Shown piece after piece: positions 1 through 12,784 of a stretch of DNA of 64,000 bases. Origin of the DNA: Eledone cirrhosa (Eukaryota); the NCBI GenBank assembly GCA_964016885.1, contig CAXHJY010001105.1, positions 248,001 through 312,000 of the forward strand. Reading direction: 5' to 3'. Under the pieces are notes generated by a model, which had not been told where the DNA came from, made no database searches, and saw only the letters and a list, made by a program, of their open reading frames with translations. Both the position numbers and the translations under genes were made by a program. Each line of letters begins with the position of its first letter. Position 1 is the stretch's first letter.

Positions 1-2740
1 TGTGGTGTCAGGTCCCTTAATCCTGTTGGGCCGCTCGGGTCTGTGTGTACTCCGTCTCATGCCCCTGGCCCGTGCTACCCGGAGGATTCCATGCTGCAAA
101 TGTGCATCTTGTCTGGTGTCTGCAGGTCATGACTATCTCCATGGCCTCGTGTAGGCATAATCGGCACTTTCTACTTCCAGCCGAATATGCCCTCGCGTGC
201 CGAACGATACTCCATTCCAGGGCACACGGAGAGCCTTGGTCTTTCAGGTCCCACACCAGGTCCGCTAACCTAGTGGAGTGCCATTTTGCTACGGTCCCTA
301 AAGGAATTTGTGTGATTATACATTCGCGATTTAAAGGTCGTGGATGTTGCGCCGATGTAGGTGCGATGAGCATTTTGGGTTCTAACCACACATTTGTATA
401 TCAGGTCCTTCGTCAGGCATTTTCCCTGTAGGGGGCACTGGGTGCCGCTCTGCAGTTACAAGTTCTGTTGTCAGTTCTTTTGCATCTGATGTCTGGGCCT
501 CGCTCTGTTATGGCCCTCTCAAGGTTCCCAGGGTGTTGTTCCGCCGACACGGTCGTCTCCCCTATGCCACTTGTTCCCTCACGCCGTTGGACCACATCAC
601 CTTCTGCGGGCGTTTCGGCCGCCTCGGAGGCCTGAGTTGTCATTTGAGGGCCGGTCCCCAGGTCGACCCCCTCGCTCCGATAGACCGTCATTCTGTCGCC
701 GCGGTTGACGGCCAATGCTCGCCGTCTTCACCGCGTTAGTTTTAGCCATGTAGTCGGCCATGTTAGATGCTGTGGAGAAGGAAAACTTCACCGTGTGGCG
801 TTTGAAGATTTTGTTGTACTTGTTCGTCGGCGGAAAGCACTCATCCAACGCTCAGAAAAAAGGTCCTGGCACGTTGGTGCGTCCATGTTTGGAGTAAGGC
901 GCATTAAACCAAGTAACGGCCTTAGATCTGTTCCTTCGCGTGCGTCGAGTCCTGTTGGTGTGTCCTGGATCTGATGTCCGTCCCGTGCTCTGCCCAGCCA
1001 CAATTACATCTCCTGTGTTGTCTCTATGTGCCCGCTGTGGGTATCGGGGGTTATGCCCTTCAGTTATTAAGTTATGTCGTTCTATGTTGTCAGATATACA
1101 TCTAGTCCCCTTATGTCTATGTGATGCTGTTGTCAGCTATACATCTAGTCCCCTTATGTCTATGTGATGCTGCTGTCGGCTATACATCTAGTCCCCTTAT
1201 GTCTGTGATGCTGTTGTCTGCTATACATCTAGTCCCCTTATGTCTATGTGATGCTGTTGTCAGCTATACATCTAGTCCCCTTATATCTATGTGATGCTGT
1301 TGTCAGCTATACATCTAGTCCCCTTATGTCTATGTGATGCTGCTGTCGGCTATACATCTAGTCCCCTTATGTCTATGTGATGCTGTTGTCAGCTATACAT
1401 CTAGTCCCCTTATGTCTATGTGATGCTGTTGTCAGCTATACATCTAGTCCCCTTATGTCTATGTGATGCTGCTGTCAGCTATACATCTAGTCCCCTTATG
1501 TCTATGTGATGCTGCTGTCAGCTATACATCTAGTCCCCTTATGTCTATGTGATGCTGTTGTCAGCTATACATCTAGTCCCCTTATGTCTATGTGATGCTG
1601 CTGTCAGCTATACATCTAGTCCCCTTATGTCTATGTGATGCTGTTGTCAGCTATACATCTAGTCCCCTTATGTCTATGTGATGCTGCTGTCAGCTATACA
1701 TCTAGTCCCCTTATGTCTATGTGATGCTGCTGTCAGCTATACATCTAGTCCCCTTATGTCTATGTGATGCTGCTGTCAGCTATACATCTAGTCCCCTTAT
1801 GTCTATGTGATGCTGCTGTCGGCTATACATCTAGTCCCCTTATGTCTATGTGATGCTGCTGTCGGCTATACATCTAGTCCCCTTATGTCTATGTGATGCT
1901 GCTGTCGGCTATACATCTAGTCCCCTTATGTCTATGTGATGCTGCTGTCAGCTATACATCTAGTCCCCTTATGTCTATGTGATGCTGCTGTCGGCTATAC
2001 ATCTAGTCCCCTTATGTCTATGTGATGCTGCTGTCGGCTATACATCTAGTCCCCTTATATCTATGTGATGCTGTTGTCAGCTATACATCTAGTCCCCTTA
2101 TGTCTATGTGATGCTGCTGTCGGCTATACATCTAGTCCCCTTATGTCTATGTGATGCTGCTGTCAGCTATACATCTAGTCCCCTTATGTCTATGTGATGC
2201 TGCTGTCGGTGCTGTACCACTACAACCAGGCCGGGTGTGCTCTCTGGCAGGTGCCACGGCCGTACGCGTTGTTGTCCGGTCCCTAGTCCCAGTTGCCGAG
2301 AAGCATGCAGTGTGCGTGCCAGGCCCATGTCTCTGCGTACTGGGTGGTCTGGCTCCTATGGGTGCCTTTGTCTTTCCTACGGTCGGTCCTGTGTCATAAA
2401 TGTTAGCTGTATTGCTAGATACTGCTACCGGGTCATTTCTTCTACCTATGGAGGCGCCCCCGCTATTGCCATCTCTGCACACCTCATCACTTGGCTCTAC
2501 CCTGTCCGGGGTACACAGTATGGTGTCTGTGTAACCGGCCCTGCGCAGTGCCTCATTATAATATACAGCGTGCTGTTTAAACACGTCTGTGTTTGCCGAC
2601 AGGGTGGATATGTGTTTGGATACCCCTTTAACTATGGCTTCTATGACTGACCTAGGGTGATTCGATTGCCTGTTCACATATTGCAGGTTCTCGTGTGGGC
2701 TTGTGATAAGGGCGGTGGATGCCCGTATTCATTTCCAAGT
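1..2740 (-). mobile_element. Degenerate Penelope-like element (RT thumb plus C-terminal GIY-YIG endonuclease), frameshifted and interrupted by a 43-bp minisatellite
   Basis: Minus-strand frames stitch into NTGIHRPYHKP / NRQSNHPRSVIEAIVKGVSKHISTLS...YYNEALRRAGY, then WFNAPYSK...FPPTNKYNKIFKRHTVKFSFS, then CNCR...CPLQGKCLTKDLIY...YIGATSTTFKSRMYNH...WSIV...CRLCLHE. These are PLE RT-thumb and GIY-YIG motifs. Confidence 0.85.
1092..2208. repeat. 43-bp minisatellite, ~26 copies
   Basis: Unit tatacatctagtccccttatgtctatgtgatgctgYtgtcRgc repeated head-to-tail. Confidence 0.97.
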
Positions 2741-2756
2741 GTGTGTGTGGGTATAT

Positions 2757-2787
<31 letters not shown>

Positions 2788-3278
2788 CACGTGTGTGGGG
2801 GGGGGGGGTATGTGTGCATGTGTACGTATATGCGTGGGTTTATATATGTGTGTGTGTGTGTGCATTCATGTACATGTGGGTACATATGTGGGTGTGTGTA
2901 TATATATGTATATATATATATATATAGCTGTGTATGAGTATGTGTGTATGTGTGGGTGCGTATGTATGTGTGTGTGTGTGTGTATGTATATATAGGTCTA
3001 TTTATTATATATATATGTGTGTGTGGGTGCGTATGTATGTGTGTGTGTATGTATGTATATATAGGTCTATATATTTATATATATATGTGTGTGTGTGTGG
3101 GTGCGTATGTATGTGTGTGTGGCTGTGTGTATATATATGTATATATATATATAGCTGTGTATGAGTGTGTGTGGGTGCGTATGTATGTGTGTGTGTGTGT
3201 GTATGTATGTATATATAGGTCTATATATTTATATATATGTGTGTGTGTGTGGGTGCGTATGTATGTGTGTGTGGGTGT
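2741..3278. repeat. Compound (TA)/(TG) microsatellite with higher-order units, continuing at 6055-6215
   Basis: Recurring gggtgcgtatgtatgtg...tataggtcta and tatagctgtgtatgag blocks on both sides of the RTE insertion. Confidence 0.85.
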
Positions 3279-6063
3279 CATCATCATCATCATCATCATC
3301 AGGTTTAGCGTCCGTGTTCCACGCTTGCATGGGTTTGGACGGGGGTTTTCCCACTTGAGGCAAGAGTGGTTGTCTTGCTCGCATAGGACTGTCTGGCGGG
3401 TTTTCTATAGCTGGATGCCCTTCCTAACACCAACCACATTTACAGTGTGGGGCTGGGAGGTTTTTACTGTGTTGCCTACATGGCCACATTACAGCGTGGA
3501 CTGTGTGTTTTTTTGTCGTGACACCTACACAACCTCATTTGTTTCGGCCTGGATGTTGTGGGACCAACATAACTTTACATTGAAAGGGGCGGTGTGGATG
3601 GGGTGGAGGTGGTGGGACGGGGTGTGTTTTGATAGAGATGCCTACTGACTGTAGTAGGTTTTTACTTTGTATTTAGGTAAGGCGGGTCTTCTCTATTACT
3701 GAGTACCGCCAAAGGTCTCGGTCCAGTGACATTGTCTTGGAGAGGTGTAAGCGTGTGAGGTCGGAATTTATCAGCTCGTCCCATGTTTTTCTGGGTCTGC
3801 CTATTCCGTGGCTACCGTCTATCTTTATTGCCCTGCACTTTGTTATACAGCTGTCGTCTTTCATGCGCATCACGTGACCGTACCAACGTAGCCTTCTCTC
3901 GAGTAAACAACATCTGATCCCTCTTATTTCTAATTTTTTCCTTAGTTCGTTTATGCTTTGCCGTTCACGTATATTACTATTGCACATCCTGCGGAGCATG
4001 CAAGCTTCGTTCCTCTCTAGTCTGCGTATATCCTCTGCACACAATGCCCAGGTCTCACTGCCATGCAGCATTGCTGTTCGTATGCAGGCATCGTATAACC
4101 TGCCTTTCATTTTTAGGGAGAACCCTCTAGCGGCTAATAGTGGTATAAGCTCTCTGAACTTTTTCCATCCAGTTTTGACTCTAGCTACTGTACTTTCAGA
4201 GCACCCTCCCCCACTGCTGATTTTGTCACCCAGGTAACGGAAGCTGTCCACTATTTCTATAGAACCCTCTGCGCAGTTGAAGGAGCTAGTATTTTGTGGG
4301 CACTTGCTGCTACTTATTGCACCAGAGCACCGGCCACATGTAAAATCTATGTTCTTAGTTAGCTTACCTGTGATCCCACTACATCTTTTATGCACCCATA
4401 CTTTGCAATTGGGACATAAAATGGAGTTTCTACCTACGCCTTTCCTACACACTGAGCATGGCCATTTCCCAGATGGGACCGCTGCCTTATTTTCTTTCCT
4501 ACAAACTAGAACTTTAGTCTTAGCCAGGTTAATTTTAAGGCCTTTTGATTCTAGGCCGTGCTTCCATGTTTGGAATTACTTCTCTATTTCGGTCATTGAT
4601 TCAGCTATAAGCGTTAGATCATCTGCGTATAGGAGTTCCCATGGGCAGCCGGTCTTGAACTCCTCTGTTATAGCCTGAAGGGCAATAATAAATAGTAGGG
4701 GGCTAAGAACAGAGCCCTGATGGACACCAACTTTTACACTAAACTCTTCACTATATTCGTTGTTAATTCTAACCTTGCTGACTGTTTCTTTATACATGGC
4801 TTGTATAGCTCTCACAAGCCATTCATCAACACCTAGTTTTCTAAGAGCCCACCAGATAATGGAACGGGGGACTCTGTCGAAGGCTTTCTCCAAGTCGACG
4901 AAAGCTAAGTATAGCATCTCAGCAACTATTTCCGAAGGACCAGCCGCCTTACCCGTCTTCATATCTTTGATTGCCTTGCTTATTGTACTACCCTGGACTA
5001 ACACTGCTGGTCCCTCTATTGGGTCGATGTGGGGGAGACTGTCTTTCTCCCATTTGTTCTCCTCATTTAGAAGCCTTTCGTAGTGACACTTCCAAGCTAC
5101 CTTCTTATCAGCGTCGGTGATGGCAAGTATGCCATCATCGTTAAGTACACACTTCTCCCCGACAATATCACGGTTTTCCTTGACACATTGCCTGGCAATC
5201 CTGAACACCTCACGTTTTTGGTCCTCACGTTGTAGAACATACTTGAACTTTCTTTCCTCTGCTTCCCTTCTTGCGAAGTACACTTGTCTCCTAGCTTCCC
5301 TCCTGGCCACTTGATAGTCTTCTCTACTTCCCCCATCCCGCCATACTTTCCAAGCCTGCTTTTTGGCCTTAATTGACTCCTCCACCTTACTGTTCCACCA
5401 CCATGTTACTCTCCTCCTACCTACAGGCCTGCTCCAGCCACAGACTTAGTCTGCCGCCGTCAGCAGGTTTGCTCTCAGGAATTCCCACTGTTCCTCTATA
5501 TTATACAACTCTAATTGCTCTTCCTTACTGTCGAAAGCGTCAAGTAATATGCTTTGAAATTTATTTCTGGCTATGGGGTCCTTTAGCTTCCATATTTTTC
5601 TCCTGAGGATAGTCCTCTTCCGCTGTCTAGTACGTCTCGTCCTGACTATGAGGTCGCTAATTATCAGTCTATGTTGGGAGGTGAATTCATCATGGGGGAG
5701 GGATTTAGTGTTTACAACAGACACTCTGTCACGTCTTCTGGTAAGGATATAATCTACCTGGCTTGTGTGTTCCCCCGATCTATAGGTGATCAAGTGATTG
5801 TCTCGTTTTTTGAAGTTAGTGTTACAGATAGTTAAGTTATTTGCGTTGCAGAATTCCAGGATTCTGGAGCCTTCCTCATTTCTGGTACCGAACCCATAGC
5901 CTCCATGGATTCCGTCATAGCCGTCACAATGTTGTCCAACGTGACCATTTAGGTCGCCTGCAATAACTATATAGTCAATGTCGCTTATTTGGGAGGTAGT
6001 GAGCATCAGTGTCTCGTAGAATCTGTCTTTTATAGCGCCGGGCAGTCCGGATTGGGGTGCGTA
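3279..6063 (-). mobile_element. 5'-truncated RTE-clade LINE (partial APE, RT with internal deletion, 3' UTR, (TGA)n tail)
   Basis: ORF pieces 5446-6006 (GDLNGHVG, QVDYIL, SQHRL), 4576-5385 ([27 protein letters not shown]) and 3673-4452 ([12 protein letters not shown]...GRPRKTW); (cat)n tail at 3279-3300. Confidence 0.93.
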
Positions 6064-6276
6064 CGCAGATATTTATGTGTGTATATATATGTATATATAT
6101 ATATATAGCTGTGTATGAGTGTGTGTGTGTGTGGGTGCGTATGTATGTGTGTGTGTGTGTGTGTATGTATGTATATATAGGTCTATATATTTATATATAT
6201 ATATATATGTGTGTACATCTCACAGAAATGCGTACGGATGGATTATATATTCATTTTATTATGTATTATTTTAGCA

Positions 6277-8300
<2,024 letters not shown>

Positions 8301-8489
8301 GTGAAAAATGGAACGGGGGAACAAAACAGAGAGGGAGTACAAACAAAGGTTTATTAGTTTCACGCTCTTGAGAGTGGGGTGGTGGTGGGGAACAATGTGT
8401 GTGTGCATATTATATTGTAGACTATATTGTTATTTTATTGTATATTGTATTTTTATTGTATATTTTATATTTATTTTACGGTTTTGTCT

Positions 8490-8572
8490 ATATATGTATA
8501 TATGTATAAGCATGTGTGTGTAAGCACATGCGTGTGTGGATGTGGGTGTCCGTGTGAGTATGTATATATGTA

Positions 8573-8616
<44 letters not shown>

Positions 8617-9530
8617 GGTATGTGTATGCATGTAGAGTTATATATATGTGTGTGTATGTATTTATTTGTATGTATATATATATATATATATATATACATA
8701 TGTATATATATGTATAGGTATATAAGGATATGCGTAGGTATATGTGTGTGCGTGTGTGTATATGTGTATGTTTGTGTGTGTGTGTGTAAACATATAGACA
8801 TGTGTGTATAAGTATGTATGTGTATGTGTGTATATACATATGTGTGTATATATGTGTGCGTATACATATATGTATATGTGTATGCGTGTGTCTGCATGCG
8901 TGTGTGTGTGTGTGTGTGTGTCTATGTACACACACATATATATATACATGGTGTGTGTATCTGTCAGTGGGTGTGTGTGTGTGTGGGTGCGTACGTACAC
9001 CCACATAGGAAGGGTTTGTCTATGTGTTTATATGCGGGTACATGTACTTGTGTGTAGATATATGTACAGGTGTGTGTATGTGTGTGTATGTGTGCTTATA
9101 TCTTTGGAAGTGTGTCTGTCTGTGATGCCTATCCATAAGGATATGCGTATATGTGTGTGTGTGTATCTATGTATGTGTCTGAGAGTGTTTGTGTATATAT
9201 GTGCTGGTGTGCCTGAACGCCGATATGTGTCTTTGTATGTGTGTACGTGTGTGTCTGCGCGTGTGGGCGAGTGTGCGTGCGTGTGAGACCGGATGTAAGG
9301 GGCTGTTTAGGCAGGCGCCAATAGGCATGTGGTGGTATGTATGTGGGTGTGGGTGTGCTTGGGTATGTGTAAGAGACGGAGAGTGTGTGCGTGTATATAT
9401 GTGCATGGGGGTATGTGGGTCTACACATGTATGCGTACATATGTGTACGCATGCATGTGTGTGTGCCTGCACGTGTGTATGTATGTGTGTGTGTGTGTAT
9501 ATGTGGGTACATACTCGGGAGTGTGAACAG
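8490..9530. repeat. Degenerate (TG)/(TA) low-complexity tract
   Basis: Direct reading. Confidence 0.85.
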
Positions 9531-9534
9531 ACGT

Positions 9535-9870
9535 GTGAGATACCAAACCCAGCATGGCTCCATTGAAGTGTGTCGGACGGAAAATGGCTGATGACCAGTG
9601 TAGCAGTAAATAGGGACCAGAATTTATGATGACGTAGACAAACAACAGCCAATGGCATGACAAGAGTGGACTATGTTTGTTGAAGGTGTTTTTTTACGAT
9701 AACACCCCAGTGAGAAAATTTGCTCCAAAAGAATTGCATGTGTCCGAAGGAACCTGCAGCCGTAGAATCAGCCAGATCCATACAGGGACCATGTCTCGAG
9801 CTACCTGCCGGCGAAACAATTGTAACACGCAATAAACTGAGTCCAGATGCATCACTGATTTTTCGTTTTT
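9535..9870 (+). mobile_element. Dispersed ~330-bp element with a variant hammerhead-like motif; second copy inverted at 46070-46395
   Basis: Both loci share ataccaaaccc...agaatttatgatgacgtag...ggcgaaacaattgtaacac...ccagatgcatcactgatttttcgtttt. Confidence 0.7.
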
Positions 9871-9907
9871 ATATATATATATATATATATAAAAATATAT
9901 ATATATA

Positions 9908-10540
9908 TAGACACACGACCGTGACCTCTGGCGTCACGCAGTAATACAGAGTACCCGACCTCCCATGGGTACAAGCTGAAGCATATAGACAATATGCCCC
10001 CACACCCTCCCACTGCAAGGGGGTCGTGGAGGCGCCACGGCAAAAAAGCACCCAGCCCACACTGTAAAGTGGTCGTGGAGGCGCCACGGCAAAAAAGCAC
10101 CCAGCCCACACTGTAAAGTGGTCGTGGAGGCGCCACGGCAAAAAAGCACCCAGCCCACACTGTAAAGTGGTCGTGGAGGCGCCACAGCAAAAAAGCACCC
10201 AGCCCACACTGTAAAGTGGTCGTGGAGGCGCCACAGCAAAAAAGCACCCAGCCCACACTGTAAAGTGGTTGTGGAGGTGCCACTGCAAAAAAGCACCCAG
10301 CCCACACTGTAAAGTGGTCGTGGAGGCGCCACGGTAAAAAACCTCCCAGCCCACACTGTAAATGAGGTTGGTGTTAGGAAGGGCATCCAGCTGTAGAAAT
10401 CAAGCCAGATCAGTTCCTGTATGAGCAAGGCATGGTCAGCCGACCAGACACTGCCCACAACAGGACAACCCGTCTAACCCATGCTAGCATGGAAGAACAG
10501 ACGTAAAACGGTGATGATGATGCTGCTGATGATGATGATA
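9908..10540 (+). mobile_element. RTE LINE 3' end with a 49-bp tandem expansion (~7 copies, 10023-10360) in the 3' UTR
   Basis: Matches 31260-31630; unit gtcgtggaggcgccacggcaaaaaagcacccagcccacactgtaaagtg; (tga)n tail. Confidence 0.9.
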
Positions 10541-10579
10541 TATATATGTAACAACAATATATAAGACATAAGACCTTAC

Positions 10580-10835
10580 CATGTGCCAGAAACTGTTGCT
10601 TTTGGCCTTTTCTTGGATCATTTCCATCATCCACTGTCTGTTGTTGACGAAGAATTTGGTCATTTTGACACAGTAATTGGTGGAGAGGTTTGTACATGCT
10701 ATTTGCCAGCAGTTCTGGGCGTTGAGGGTGATAAGGGAAGCTGTGAGGTTTCCCTCAACTAAACCAGCGCTGAAGGCTTGCATTGTGTCATCGGTGGCAG
10801 TGTCGGGGTTGGTCTTCACCCATAGGTAGGACCAC
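10580..10835 (-). CDS. PLBD2: Phospholipase B-like (PLBD2-type) gene, coding exon 2
   Basis: Polypyrimidine tract plus cag| acceptor and |gtaagg donor. Reads (G)WSYLWVKTN...QAFSAGLVEGNLTASLI...YCVKMTKFFVNNRQWMMEMIQ...SFWHM, resembling my recall of PLBD2 GWAFLEL...QAYAAGVVE...YWHQ. The phase-2 start matches exon 1. Confidence 0.85.
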
Positions 10836-11112
10836 CTGGGTAGGAAGAGAGAGAGAGTGTGAGAGTGTAAGTTGAGGTAGGGCATTGATGGATGTGAGGG
10901 TGGATGTGAGGTTACCCCTGGGAGAGAGAGATAGACGTAGGGTGGGGGGGTGAGAGAGATAAAAAGAGACAAGGTGAAAGAATGAGAGAAAGAGAGAGAG
11001 CAATAAAGAGAGAGAGAGAGGGGGGGGAGAAAGAGAGAGAGAGTTTTTTCCTCTTAATTTAAGGGCTTCCCTCAACACTTGAGCAACCTTTAATCACCAT
11101 TTATTTACTATT

Positions 11113-12646
11113 TTAACCCCTTAGCATTTAAACTGGCCATATCCGGGCAGAATTCTCTCACCTCTTTCTAAACCAGCCTTAACTGGCCATTCATACTGAT
11201 GTTAAGGTATTGTTCTTAAAATAAATAATATCAAAATCTCATATATTCAATATTATGTGAGATATTATGTGAAAATATAATCATAATCTATAAAGCTCAG
11301 TGTATGGTCATGTTTCTTTGTTATAGAAATCTACGATATAGAATTTCAATTGAAATTTACAATTCAGTATTCGAAATAGCTTCGATTGGGTCATGGCACA
11401 TATATTTTTTTCAATTTCACCCACAATTACGCAAAAAATCGATAAAACTCAATATTTTACGATTTTCTCCTCTCTCATTTCAACTGCTAAACTCTTTCCA
11501 TTACCCTTCAAAATCTATACAACTTCATACTTTCTGCTACTTTCTCTTTCCAAGCTGAAACAACTATTCTTTTCATTTTACATTGTTCATGTTGATGGTG
11601 ATACTGTCCGTTTTACTCTCTCACTCATACACTTTACAGACTAAACAACAAAAACATTAGCCACATTAACGTACAATTTCGTTTATTCTAAATGTGAGTC
11701 TTCAAACTGATTTATTTATTTGCAAACACATACAAACACACACTCACATCAAATGAATAATTAAACTTTAAATCAATTTAACCACGTGCCGGATTTCTAA
11801 CCACACATACACACTTCATTAACAAATAAAAATTCTAATTTGCGACAATTATTTTCTTTCAATCGTAAAATCAAACGACATAATTATTTTCATTTTCGGT
11901 TGTTAATCTTCATGGCGATAATACTACCCTTCCATTTCACATCATGTGAGTTAACAAATAATTTTTTAAAACACTATTCGCAGACTTCCTTAAACAACAA
12001 GATCAATTGCGTAGCCGGTAAAGCTATGTAGCAGGTAAAAGGCTATGTAGTCAGTACAATGTTATATAGCATGAAAAGTTTATATAACCGGTAAATGTTA
12101 TGTCGCCGTTAGCATGTGTGTGTGTGTGTGTGTATTACCGTCAATACACACGTGTGTGTGCGTGTTTCAATGTAGTTTTCGTTAACAATGACGAGAGTAC
12201 AATCGCGCCAGAAACAATTCAGTTTCTCATTCTTAACTGCTAGGGACGTTCACAGGTTCATTAAGTACTTTCAGTAAGGAATAAAAAAATTAGGGATTGA
12301 ACCCCAAACCACGACATAAACAGGCACCAACAAACGTTTTCTTTGTCCTGTCAAAAAGTGGTTGATCCTATCCCTTTCACCTACGACCTCAGTTAGGTCA
12401 GGCGAAAGTCAAATAGACAGGGGATCACCTATGTAGGTACAAACCTTGCTGCGGTATGTCTATTTTTCTAGCTGCAACCAGATTATATATACCGTAGTTA
12501 TTAGAGACCATGACACACCAGGCCTGCAAACCAAACGAGATGGAATATTCATTATAATACATCAGTTCCTCAGCTCCGAGCAACGCCGGGCACTTCTGCT
12601 AGTAGTATATATAGAGTAATGTAATATAATTATTAGAGGGATTTAA
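11113..12646 (+). mobile_element. TTAA-flanked (piggyBac-like) MITE split by a Helitron-like insertion
   Basis: Begins ttaacccc ttagcatttaaactggcc and ends agagggatttaa. 11113-11286 joined to 12603-12646 is homologous to the following copy starting at 12643. Confidence 0.6.
11287..12602 (+). mobile_element. Non-autonomous Helitron-like element
   Basis: 5' TC (tctataaagct); 3' GC-rich imperfect hairpin ccgagcaacgccggg then CTAG; inserted between A and T with no TSD; flanks rejoin into MITE sequence. Confidence 0.7.
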
Positions 12647-12784
12647 TCCTTTAGTATCTAAACCAGTTGTATCTGGCCAGAATACTTTCACCTCTTTCTG
12701 TTCAAACCATCTGTAACTGGCTACTCATACTGATGTTAATGTATTGTTCTCAAAATATATAATATCAAAATCTTGTTGATTCGA

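Noticed and set aside
410-420. Selenocysteine TGA in the PLE Cys motif
   Set aside because: The TGA at 413-415 is out of frame with CPLQGKCLTK, and no SECIS is recognisable.
1092-2208. CRISPR-like regular repeats (also 62921-64000)
   Set aside because: Units are contiguous with no unique spacers, no cas genes are present, and the context is eukaryotic.
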